DNA of 24,000 nt from Candidatus Saccharimonadales bacterium (lineage in GTDB: Bacteria; Patescibacteriota; Saccharimonadia; Saccharimonadales; UBA4665): positions 3,155 to 27,154 of the forward strand of contig DATIIK010000003.1 in NCBI GenBank assembly GCA_035479715.1. The letters run 5' to 3'. Below, one piece after another: positions 16,070 through 24,000 of the stretch. The notes under the pieces are model-generated. The model was not told the DNA's origin, ran no database searches, and worked only from the letters and a program-made list of their open reading frames with translations. Every line of letters begins with the position of its first letter. The first letter of the stretch is position 1. The position numbers were made by a program, and so were the translations under genes.

Positions 16070-16590
16070 ATAAAGAAGTTGGCGAGGCAGCCAAAGGGCG
16101 CCATCAAAGCCATGATCTTTCTCAGACCATCAGGCCACGTAGGAACGGGGCGCAGGGGGCCAGCCTCTCAACAAGCAAACGCGGATTGTACCGCAGCTCA
16201 CTAGTCGGAGTATAACCAGCCCCCTGCGCGTCTTACCCGCACACATGGCATTGCTGCTCGAAAGGAGCGCAGTCAACACCACGGCGCGTCGCATAGGTCT
16301 TACAGCGGCGAGCTGAGTTCCGCCAGTTGCGTCCGGTAACGCAACAGAGCCATGCGACAAGTGCAAAGCACGGCTGACAGCCATAGCCGTCCCGGGGACT
16401 AGTCCGGCGCCAACGCTTCTGTACGGGCGAATGGTAAAGCTCCTCGCCTTCCCTTTTGCGACGCCAAACCGCAGGAGGGCGAGATTCCGAGCCTCACCAA
16501 TGGCCTATGACCTAGCAAGGTACGTCTGTCGTTACTGACACGTGTTGAGCGAAAAAGGATTGTAAGGGCTAACCCCTAAAAAGCTTACGC
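16070..16590. ncRNA. Candidate large structured non-coding RNA of unidentified class (strand undetermined)
   Basis: No credible ORF. Perfect or near-perfect helices: 16150-16160/16219-16229 (11 bp), 16288-16294/16352-16358 (7 bp), 16326-16331/16340-16345 (6 bp), 16443-16451/16475-16483 (9 bp with one G-U), 16252-16259/16265-16271 (7 bp with one bulge), 16527-16530/16537-16540, 16562-16566/16584-16588. GC-rich intergenic region of about 640 nt in an otherwise tightly packed locus. Boundaries approximate. Confidence 0.6.
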
Positions 16591-16619
16591 GTAGTTCGTT
16601 CAGTGGACACGATTATATA

Positions 16620-16634
16620 AGCCGTCATACGGCT
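16620..16634 (-). terminator. Small hairpin, possible terminator of the pheS-pheT operon
   Basis: AGCCGT (16620-16625) / ACGGCT (16629-16634). AT-rich TATATAAT follows on the minus strand. Weak T-tract. Confidence 0.4.
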
Positions 16635-16660
16635 GCACAGTATTCTAGATTACAGTCCTG

Positions 16661-19177
16661 TTATATTCGCTCTGCCGCACAGGCACCGTGCGCTGCGTTC
16701 GCGACGCTGTCGAGAATCTTGGTGACCTCTGCATCGGTCAAGGTCCGCTGGTAGTGAGTAACATCCAGACGGTAGGTGACATTCTTGTAATCAGCTCCCG
16801 CTTCCTGGTAGATATCCAGTACCGAGGTTTTGACCGCATACTGCTCGGCAGAGAGGGCGGCAACCATACTCCTGACAACCGTGTCCAGCTCGCCAACCGG
16901 CGTATCAGCAGCGATCTTAAGGGTAATATCTTGGCTTACCTTCGGGAAACGTGACAAAGGTGTATACGTGGCAGTATCCGGCCGCATTGCCGACAGAAAA
17001 AGTTCAAAGCCAGCACAAAAATCAGGCAGTTTGAGCGCTTTCATGACGCTGCGCTTATAGTCGCCGATGATGCCGAGCGGACGCTCGCCGCTGTAGAGCA
17101 TGGCCGCACGCTGCAGGTCGAATGGCGCTGCCATCTGCATCAGCATCCGATGCCCCTGCAGGTCAGCCTTGGCTAGTGGTACGATTGTAACCGCGGGCAG
17201 ATCGATCAGGAGCCCCGCAAAACGCTGTGCCTGGTAATACGGCGCACCACCATATTCGCGGGCCGCCGTCTTTGGTTCGGCGGCAAATACGAATGATATA
17301 CGGCCGAATTCGCGCGGCAGCCCATCGTCTTCGGTTTCTGACACGCCATGTGCCTTACCGATCTCAAACAGGGCGAAACGATCGTACCCCGCCTTTATAT
17401 TCATATGAACCTTATCGAGCAGGCTAGGTGTCAGGCTAACGCGGTAATATTGCAAGTCCGGGCTCAGGGCATTGCTCACCTGAAACGCCTCTTCGACTTG
17501 CTGGCCGGCCTTTTTCAGCAGGTCGCCATGCACGAAGCTATATGCCAGCACTTCGTTGGCACCAGCCCGGGCCAACCGGGCACGGATCATCGCCTTCAAC
17601 TCCAGTTTTTCGTCTTTCTGCACTGGCATGATACTACGCTTGGGCAGTTCCAGCGGCAGCTTATCAAAGCCATAAAGGCGGCCGATCTCCTCCACTACAT
17701 CCTCACGTGTTTCGATGTCGGTTCGCCAGAAAGGCGCCGTAACAGTCAGCTGGTCGCCCTCGACCTGAACGCTGCACTCGACATTTTCAAGCAGCTGCCG
17801 CATGTCATCCGCACTCAATGCAAAACCCAACCGTTCATTGATAAACCCGACCGATACCGGTACCGGCGGATGCACCCAGACCCTGCCCTCTACCTGGCTG
17901 ATATCGATAGCGTCGCCTGCTACGGTACCACCGGCCAGCGTGCGTGTTTCGTGCACTGCCTTGGCCAGGACATACGGATTCTGCAGTGGTGACTGGCCCT
18001 TGTTAAAGCGTGTCACCGCATCGGTAAAGAGTCCGTGCGCCATACTGGTGCGGCGGATAGAATACATATCGAAGGTCGCTACCTCGATAATAATGCGTGT
18101 TGTTTCGTCGCTGACCTCCGTAGAGGCACCGCCCATGACCCCACCGACACCGATCAGATGGTCACCGCTGGCAATCATGATAGCTTCCGAACGCGGAGCG
18201 ATTTCTTTGCCACTCAAAAGCGTAATCTTCTCGTCGCTGCGTGGGTAGCGAACCGTGATTTCGGCCCCTGCACCGCTGGTAAGCGCCGCAACCTTGTCGT
18301 AATCATACGCATGGAGCGGCTGGCCGGTCAGGCACATCAGGTAATTGGTCATATCGACGATATTGTTGATGGGGCGTAAACCTAGGCGCACCAGGTGGAT
18401 TTGCAACCACAGCGGGCTTGGACCGACCGTGACATTGCTCATAGGGATAGCCATGAAACGCGGCACCAGTTCAGGCAGTTCATTCGTAACCGTCAGTGGC
18501 AGCGCCTCGGCCTCGATAGCCAGGCTGTACTTTTCGGTGCCATACCAATCCGGACCGACGAATTTCTGCTGCTGTATGCCCGCCAGTTCGCGGTATACGC
18601 CGAGCAGGCCGAAACAGTCCGGGCGATGGGTGAACATTTTGTTTTCGATATCAATGATGTAGTCGTGCAGGTTATAGGCATCGGCGAACGAGGTACCGGG
18701 CGCAATTTCTTCATCAATTTCCAGGATACCCTCGTGGCTATCACCTAGTCCCAGCTCACGCGGGCTGGCCAGCATGCCGTTACTTTTAACACCGCGCAGC
18801 TCGCGCGTACCGAGCACGAACGGATCCTTGCCGTAGCTCTCGGGCACCGTCGTTCCCGGAGGCAGCCAGACAGCGCGCAGGCCGGCACGGACATTGGGCG
18901 CGCCACACACTACCTGCACCAGACCTTCGGCGTCGCGTTCGACACCCTCGACCTTACCGCCGTCGTCGATCTTGCAGACATGCATATGGTCGGAATCTGG
19001 GTGGGACTCACATGCGTTCACGTGCACAACCAGCGCGCCCGCGAACGGGGCGCCAAAATCAATTACTTCCTCGACAGCACCGAGCTGTGCGCCGATGGCC
19101 TCGGCCAAGCCGTCCACATCGTCCTGCAACAGATCTAGGTTCGTATAGAATTTTGCGAGAGAAAGGGGGGCTTTCAT
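16661..19177 (-). CDS. pheT: Phenylalanine--tRNA ligase beta subunit
   Basis: 838 aa. DSDHMHVCKIDDGG (tRNA-binding EMAP-like domain), LRGVKSNGMLASPRELGLG, NNIVDMTNYLM, C-terminal SRFPKVSQDITLKI, NVTYRLDVTHYQRTLTDAEV. Confidence 0.95.
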   Translation of the reverse strand: MKAPLSLAKFYTNLDLLQDDVDGLAEAIGAQLGAVEEVIDFGAPFAGALVVHVNACESHPDSDHMHVCKIDDGGKVEGVERDAEGLVQVVCGAPNVRAGLRAVWLPPGTTVPESYGKDPFVLGTRELRGVKSNGMLASPRELGLGDSHEGILEIDEEIAPGTSFADAYNLHDYIIDIENKMFTHRPDCFGLLGVYRELAGIQQQKFVGPDWYGTEKYSLAIEAEALPLTVTNELPELVPRFMAIPMSNVTVGPSPLWLQIHLVRLGLRPINNIVDMTNYLMCLTGQPLHAYDYDKVAALTSGAGAEITVRYPRSDEKITLLSGKEIAPRSEAIMIASGDHLIGVGGVMGGASTEVSDETTRIIIEVATFDMYSIRRTSMAHGLFTDAVTRFNKGQSPLQNPYVLAKAVHETRTLAGGTVAGDAIDISQVEGRVWVHPPVPVSVGFINERLGFALSADDMRQLLENVECSVQVEGDQLTVTAPFWRTDIETREDVVEEIGRLYGFDKLPLELPKRSIMPVQKDEKLELKAMIRARLARAGANEVLAYSFVHGDLLKKAGQQVEEAFQVSNALSPDLQYYRVSLTPSLLDKVHMNIKAGYDRFALFEIGKAHGVSETEDDGLPREFGRISFVFAAEPKTAAREYGGAPYYQAQRFAGLLIDLPAVTIVPLAKADLQGHRMLMQMAAPFDLQRAAMLYSGERPLGIIGDYKRSVMKALKLPDFCAGFELFLSAMRPDTATYTPLSRFPKVSQDITLKIAADTPVGELDTVVRSMVAALSAEQYAVKTSVLDIYQEAGADYKNVTYRLDVTHYQRTLTDAEVTKILDSVANAAHGACAAERI

Positions 19178-19500
19178 GTGGTTGCTCCTGCGATACGGTC
19201 GGCAATGTGGGCCATCGTGTCCTTAAATTCCTTTTCCAGGTCCAGCCCATAGTAGTTAGCGATGACCAGTATGGACCACAGGCAGTCGGCCAGCTCATGC
19301 GCGAGCTTGGCGTCTACATCGGCTATATCACGCAGGTTTTCTTTGGCCATGATGAGTTTCTGCAGGTCACCAAAGTCACCCGCGAATCCCATCGCATAGT
19401 CACGCACGCCCCAGGTAGTCTTACCCTGCTTGGTGTTCAGTTCTTGATACTGCAGGCGGATAACTTCAGCCTGCTCCATCAGATCCTTCAGGTCGCTCAT
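19174..19500 (-). CDS. MazG-like nucleotide pyrophosphohydrolase domain protein
   Basis: 108 aa. GDFGDLQKLIMAKENL...KLAHELADCLWSILVIANYYGLDLEKEF matches the helical ExxD-type MazG arrangement. 4-nt overlap with pheT. Confidence 0.75.
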   Translation of the reverse strand: MSDLKDLMEQAEVIRLQYQELNTKQGKTTWGVRDYAMGFAGDFGDLQKLIMAKENLRDIADVDAKLAHELADCLWSILVIANYYGLDLEKEFKDTMAHIADRIAGATT

Positions 19501-19510
19501 ATGGTAGTCC

Positions 19511-20566
19511 TCATGCGAATTGCCTCAAGAAATCAAGCCGGCCGGATTGGAAGTACCGGACGTCATCGATATCGTATTTCATCATTACTAAGCGGTCGAT
19601 GCCACAGCCCCAGGCAAAGCCGGTATAGACCTCCGGGTCGATGCCTGCTTCACGCAGGACATTGGGGTGGATCATACCGCAGCCGAGCAGCTCAATCCAG
19701 CCGCTTTGGCTACATACGCTGCAGCCCTTGCCGTCACAGAACGGGCAGCTGAGCGCGAACTCGAAAGATGGTTCAGTAAAGGGAAAATAGAACGGCTGTG
19801 TCTTCACCCGCAGCTCTTTGCCATAATATTCCTGCAAAAAGGTCTTGAGAGTAGCGATAAGCATGCCTGCATGGACACCCTTGTTTACATAGACGCCCTC
19901 CAGCTGATAGAAGGTGTGCTCATGCCGGGCATCCAGGTCTTCGTTACGGAAGACGCGGTCGGGTACTACCACGGCAATCGGCTCGCCTTTGTCCAGGTCT
20001 GCCTTGTACTGCCGTAGCAGACGGTTCTGCATGGTAGATGTGTGTGCGGGGGCGATCAGGCGCTGTCCGCGCTGGTCTTTCTGCTCGGTCATGAATGTGT
20101 CGTAGTCGTCACGCGCAGGGTGGCCTTCGGGAAAGTTCAGGGCGCTGAACATATGGTAATCGTCGTCGATTTCGCGCGATTCGCTGGCCCGGAATCCCAT
20201 ACGGTAAAAGATGTCTAGGATCTGGTCGCGCTCAGCCATCAGCGGATGGCGGCTGCCAAGCTGGCCCGGCAATGTCCGCGGACGCTTACCGCTCGGTGTG
20301 TTGACGTCAAACGGCGCGGTCACATCGATGGGCGGCAGCGCTTCAGCGGCGTCGGCCACGGCGTCCACCATAGCCTGCAGCTCCGTGCGCAGCTGGTTCA
20401 GCTCCTTACCGAATGCACCACGCTGTTCGGACGGCAATTGCGGAATCTGGGCATAGAGCGCCTTCAGCTCGACGGCTTTCAGGATGTCTGCCTTGGTTGC
20501 TAGCTCGCCGAAGCGCTTCTGGAGCAGCTCTGCGGCTTCTTGTACCTGGGGGTTTTGGTAACTCAT
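19511..20566 (-). CDS. pheS: Phenylalanine--tRNA ligase alpha subunit
   Basis: GSRHPLMAERDQILDIFYRMGF, FPEGHPARDDYDTF, VVPDRVFRNEDLDARHEHTFYQLEGV, FPFTEPSFEFALSCPFCDGKGCSVCSQSGWIELLGCGMIHPNVL, GFAWGCGIDRLVMMKY. Confidence 0.95.
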   Translation of the reverse strand: MSYQNPQVQEAAELLQKRFGELATKADILKAVELKALYAQIPQLPSEQRGAFGKELNQLRTELQAMVDAVADAAEALPPIDVTAPFDVNTPSGKRPRTLPGQLGSRHPLMAERDQILDIFYRMGFRASESREIDDDYHMFSALNFPEGHPARDDYDTFMTEQKDQRGQRLIAPAHTSTMQNRLLRQYKADLDKGEPIAVVVPDRVFRNEDLDARHEHTFYQLEGVYVNKGVHAGMLIATLKTFLQEYYGKELRVKTQPFYFPFTEPSFEFALSCPFCDGKGCSVCSQSGWIELLGCGMIHPNVLREAGIDPEVYTGFAWGCGIDRLVMMKYDIDDVRYFQSGRLDFLRQFA

Positions 20567-20776
20567 TACCGCACCAGTATAGCAGGGGTCACCGGTGTTT
20601 TGCTACGTTTTAAGCAGCCAAGATATGTCGATACAAAAAATGTAAGATTTTTTACATTTTTGTAGGAAAGGCGCTACACTATACTTAAAGCTAATGACTA
20701 GAGTAGTGGCGGGATAGACAAAAAGAGAGCCAGAGGCGTCACCGGACGCTTGTGGCAATAGCATAGGGGGCTATAC

Positions 20777-22225
20777 ATGGGAGAGATGCGCGAGAAATGC
20801 GCTGTAGTAGGAGTGTTTGATCCAGAAATGGCGACCGAGCTGGCTGCCAGCGCAATACGGGTACTCGACCATCGGGGACCGCATGCCACAGGTATAGGAG
20901 GTATCTCCGGCGATAATGAGATGGTCGCCTTTCACGCCCCGGGTCGGGCACGTGAAGTACTGACCGAGCCCGAAGTGGCAAAGATGAGCGCAAGAGGGCT
21001 TACCGTGGCCATAGCACACGGTCGCTACGCTACCTCTGGCGGCATGGACAAAGCCCATCCAATCAAGGTTAATACAGGCCGGCAAGCCATACTGTACGAA
21101 GAAAATGGCACCAACTCGGACCTTCGGCCGCTCGAAGCCGACCTTGCCCAGCGCGGCTACAACACTGATGGCCTTATAGACAGCGAAATGAATGCGCTTG
21201 CAATTGGCGACCGCATCAAGCGCGGTGCCAGTGCCGTCGAAGCCATTGCTGGTGCCTACCGGCACATGATCGGCGGTCAGGCCGGCATCATAGCCTGCCA
21301 CGACCTGGACGGCAGCCCCATGCTGGCCGCCTACCGTGACCCATGCGGCATTCGCCCACTGGCGTGGGGCCGCACACCTGGCAAAGGCTATATGTTCGCA
21401 TCAGAGACTATCGGACTGGACGAGGCCGGTGCAACCATTGGCGGCGAAGTGCCCCCCGGCGGCCTTATGACAGTCAGCCACAACGGCCTTAAACACTACC
21501 AGCTGGCGCCGCCGAATCCCAAATTTGACCCATTCGAACTCCTGTACTTTTCGAACAAAAGAAGCCTGTTCAAAGGCCAGCCGATCGGCGATATCCGTGC
21601 CGCGCTTGGACGACGCCTGGCGGAAGAATATGGCTTTGACAGCTCAAGCAACGGCGTCATCGGCATTCCCAATACTGCGATTACCTTTGCAGCCGGATAT
21701 GCGGCTGCAACCGACATCGAGCACCGGCAGGAAATATTGCGCAAAAACAGTACCGCGCGTGCATTCCTGGGCAACACCGCCAAAGACCGGCAAAATATCC
21801 GTAATGGCCTCTACACCTTACAAGACCACCTAGTAAAGGGAGGTGAGTTCGATCTGGTCGATGACTCTCTGCTCCGTAATGGCAATGCACCGTTCGTAAA
21901 CCGATTGTTCCGCGAGGCGGGAGCTGCAGCCGTGCGCCTGTATATCGGTTCGCCGCCCATCCGGTATCCCAACTTCTACGGGACCAATATTCCTCACCAA
22001 AGGGAGCTGGTAGCATCCCACCAGAGCGCGGAGCAGATACGCCGTGATACCGGCGTAGACTCCCTGGGTTACCTATCGCTGGAAGGCATGCTTGAAACAT
22101 TCTATGATATGACCGGCGAGTCCGACAGCAATTTCGACCTTTCGTGCTTTACGGGTGACTACAGACACACCTCCATCGGCCCGCGCGATATCTACGAGCC
22201 GATATACGCTGACTACAGTGCCTGA
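20777..22225 (+). CDS. PurF-like protein (amidophosphoribosyltransferase homologue; glutamine amidotransferase and type I PRTase fold)
   Basis: MREKCAVVGVFDP with conserved Cys, LDHRGPHATGIG, IAHGRYATSGG, YRDPCGIRPLAWG, ASETIGLDEAG, FDLVDDSLLRNGNAPFVNRLFREAGAAAVRLYIGSPPIRYPNFYG, DSLGYLSLEGM. AGGGGG ribosome-binding site upstream of ATG 20777. Confidence 0.85.
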   Translation: MGEMREKCAVVGVFDPEMATELAASAIRVLDHRGPHATGIGGISGDNEMVAFHAPGRAREVLTEPEVAKMSARGLTVAIAHGRYATSGGMDKAHPIKVNTGRQAILYEENGTNSDLRPLEADLAQRGYNTDGLIDSEMNALAIGDRIKRGASAVEAIAGAYRHMIGGQAGIIACHDLDGSPMLAAYRDPCGIRPLAWGRTPGKGYMFASETIGLDEAGATIGGEVPPGGLMTVSHNGLKHYQLAPPNPKFDPFELLYFSNKRSLFKGQPIGDIRAALGRRLAEEYGFDSSSNGVIGIPNTAITFAAGYAAATDIEHRQEILRKNSTARAFLGNTAKDRQNIRNGLYTLQDHLVKGGEFDLVDDSLLRNGNAPFVNRLFREAGAAAVRLYIGSPPIRYPNFYGTNIPHQRELVASHQSAEQIRRDTGVDSLGYLSLEGMLETFYDMTGESDSNFDLSCFTGDYRHTSIGPRDIYEPIYADYSA

Positions 22226-22251
22226 CCAACACACTGGTATACTATGTAGTT

Positions 22252-22746
22252 ATGGCAAACTTTAGTTTTGATATAGAATCCGACTACGACAAAGCGGAAA
22301 TGAACAACGTATTCGACCAGACCCAGCGCGAAATCGAAAGCCGCTACGATTTCAAGGGTACGCCGGCCGCCCTCGAATGGCTGGATGATAAAAAGGGTGT
22401 AAAGATAACCGGCAGTGGCGAATGGCAAATTGATGCCATATTGGATATTATCCGCAAAAAACTGGCCACTCGTGGACAGAGTCAAAAGACACTTGACACC
22501 ACAAAAGATATAACCGAAAGCAACCTGAAGAGTACGAAAGAAGTACCTTTCAAACAGGGGCTCGACCAGGATAAGGCCAAGCAGCTCACCAAGCTTATCC
22601 GTGAACAGTACCCCAAGGTAAAGACACAGATCCAGGGCGAAGCCGTCCGCGTTATGAGCGGCAGCAAGGACGACCTGCAGGCAGTCATGCAGCTGCTGCG
22701 CGGCCAGGATCTGGATTTTCCGTTGAACTTTACGAACTATCGGTAG
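22252..22746 (+). CDS. yajQ: YajQ family (UPF0234) protein
   Basis: MANFSFDIESDYDKAEMNNVFDQTQREIESRYDFKGT...VKTQIQGEAVRVMSGSKDDLQAVMQLLR. Confidence 0.93.
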   Translation: MANFSFDIESDYDKAEMNNVFDQTQREIESRYDFKGTPAALEWLDDKKGVKITGSGEWQIDAILDIIRKKLATRGQSQKTLDTTKDITESNLKSTKEVPFKQGLDQDKAKQLTKLIREQYPKVKTQIQGEAVRVMSGSKDDLQAVMQLLRGQDLDFPLNFTNYR

Positions 22747-22801
22747 CGCCCGGCTCAAGTCCTTCGGTTTTAGCAGCCATATTCGCTATACTAGAACAAG
22801 C

Positions 22802-24000
22802 ATGAGCGAAAACACCGAACAACCGACGCCGAGCCTTCTCGAGCAAGCCACCGCCGTACTCGCGAATAATGATCGCAACACGTACACGGTACCCGCTGAA
22901 GGACTGTATCCGCACCAATGGCTCTGGGACAGTTGCTTCGTTGCGATCGGCCTGCGCTGGATCGACATCGACCGCGCCCAGGCCGAGCTCACCAGCCTGC
23001 TCCGGGGCCAGTGGAGCAACGGCATGATGCCCAATATGATATTCAGCAACGATCCACATTACCGCCGTGACCGGGCCGTCTGGCGCAGCTGGATCAGCCC
23101 CTACTCGCCCGACAAGGTCGCCACCAGCGGCATAACACAGCCACCCATGCTTGCCGAAGCCGTCTGGCAGATTGGTGAGCGTTTGAACGCTGCAGAGCGG
23201 CGCACATGGTATAAACAGATGCTGCCCAGCTTGGTCGCGTACCACCAATGGCAATACACCGACCGCGATCCGCACCAGGAGGGCCTGGTGCTTCAGGTGC
23301 ATCCATGGGAAACCGGCCTGGACAATACGCCGCCCTGGATGAGCGAGCTGCACGAACATCTGATGCCCTGGTGGGTACGCAGTATCCGTGCCACGCACAG
23401 TGAGTGGCTTATCAACCTGTTCCGCCGCGATCTGCACTATGTGCCGCCGGGCCAGCGCTTTTCCACGCTGGAGGTGCTCAGCCTGTTCGACGCCCAGCAC
23501 CGCTTGCGCCGCAAAGCGTACGAAACCGACAAGATCCTGCAGCATGGCCTGTTCGCCATCGAAGACCTGACCTACAATTGCATATTCATCCGCGCCAATA
23601 GCCGTTTGCAACAGATAGCCAAGGCCACCAGCCATGCCCTGCCACCCGACCTGCTGGCCAACATGAAAAAATCCGAAGCCGCCCTGGAAGATCTGTGGGA
23701 CGAATATGCTCATGCATATTGGTCGCGTGATTTCATTACCCACCGCCTGATAAAACAGCCAAGCATCGCTACGCTGATGCCCCTGTATGCTGGCTGTATC
23801 AGCAAAGAACGCGCCGAAGTACTCGTACGCCAGCTGGAAGACGACAAAAAGTTCGGCACCGCCTTTGCCGTCCCGAGCGTACCAGTGGACGGCCCGATGT
23901 TCGATCCGGACCGCTACTGGCAGGGACCTACCTGGCTTAATACTAACTGGCTCATATGCGAAGGCCTCAAAAACTACGGCTACGACGACCACGCTGCAGC
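22802..24000 (+). CDS. GH63-like / (mannosyl- or glucosyl-)glycerate hydrolase-like glycosidase, partial at right edge
   Basis: My reading: MSENTEQPTPSLLEQATAVLANNDRNTYTVPAEGLYPHQWLWDSCFVAIGLRWIDIDRAQAELTSLLRGQWSNGMMPNMIFS...GITQPPMLAEAV...LQVHPWETGLDNTPPW...YWQGPTWLNTNW. Matches the (alpha/alpha)6 GH63-type motifs. It is absent from the supplied track because it runs off the window. The minus ORF 22730-23992 is its shadow. Confidence 0.82.
   Translation, partial: MSENTEQPTPSLLEQATAVLANNDRNTYTVPAEGLYPHQWLWDSCFVAIGLRWIDIDRAQAELTSLLRGQWSNGMMPNMIFSNDPHYRRDRAVWRSWISPYSPDKVATSGITQPPMLAEAVWQIGERLNAAERRTWYKQMLPSLVAYHQWQYTDRDPHQEGLVLQVHPWETGLDNTPPWMSELHEHLMPWWVRSIRATHSEWLINLFRRDLHYVPPGQRFSTLEVLSLFDAQHRLRRKAYETDKILQHGLFAIEDLTYNCIFIRANSRLQQIAKATSHALPPDLLANMKKSEAALEDLWDEYAHAYWSRDFITHRLIKQPSIATLMPLYAGCISKERAEVLVRQLEDDKKFGTAFAVPSVPVDGPMFDPDRYWQGPTWLNTNWLICEGLKNYGYDDHAA

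Noticed and set aside
16175-16203. Possible tmRNA tag ORF: GCA AAC GCG GAT TGT ACC GCA GCT CAC TAG inside the structured intergenic region
   Set aside because: The encoded ANADCTAAH lacks the usual hydrophobic AA ending. The whole reading sits inside an 11-bp helix, unlike canonical tmRNA. I found no tRNA-like T-arm (GGTTCRA) or matching acceptor halves at the ends.
16326-16460. Partial resemblance to bacterial RNase P RNA (GTAACGCAACAGAG..., GGTAAAGCTCC)
   Set aside because: The universally conserved P4 strands (GAGGAAAGUCC and ACAGAAnnnGGCUUA) are not visible on either strand. Left as an unidentified RNA pending a covariance-model search.
22730-23992. 420-aa minus-strand ORF
   Set aside because: Antisense shadow of the GH63-like gene, whose + strand translation has clear conserved motifs and continues past the window edge.
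1-24000. CRISPR arrays, transposases/integrases, rRNA or tRNA genes
   Set aside because: Scanned by eye. No regularly spaced repeats, no recognisable recombinase or transposase ORFs, and no tRNA-like or rRNA-like sequence seen in intergenic regions.

Overview
The window looks like a moderately high-GC, densely packed chromosome segment. Gene content, synteny and the compact style suggest a Patescibacteria/CPR genome, probably Saccharibacteria; that placement is inference. Core genes are mostly on the minus strand: PfkB-family kinase, class II fructose-bisphosphate aldolase, split transketolase, ribulose-phosphate 3-epimerase, a membrane protein, RpiB-type isomerase, GAPDH, inorganic pyrophosphatase, TrxB-like reductase, glutaredoxin-like protein, two FKBP-type PPIases, a NUDIX hydrolase, an ABC half-transporter, and pheT / MazG-like / pheS. 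Plus-strand genes are a glycerophosphodiester phosphodiesterase, an FNR-like reductase, a PurF-like protein, a YajQ-family protein and a partial GH63-like glycosidase. The most notable finds are non-coding. (1) A near-perfect type III hammerhead ribozyme lies on the + strand at 9182-9248, between an orphan two-ORF cassette (8206-9083) and a strong intrinsic terminator (9259-9286). (2) A ~500-nt intergenic region at ~16070-16590 has no convincing ORF but many strong helices, and looks like a large structured ncRNA of a class I cannot identify. (3) A second orphan ORF (596-1003, minus) is followed by a long imperfect hairpin capped by a C(UUCG)G tetraloop. The PurF-like protein has a degenerate PRPP loop, and the TrxB-like protein lacks the usual HRRxxxR NADPH motif.
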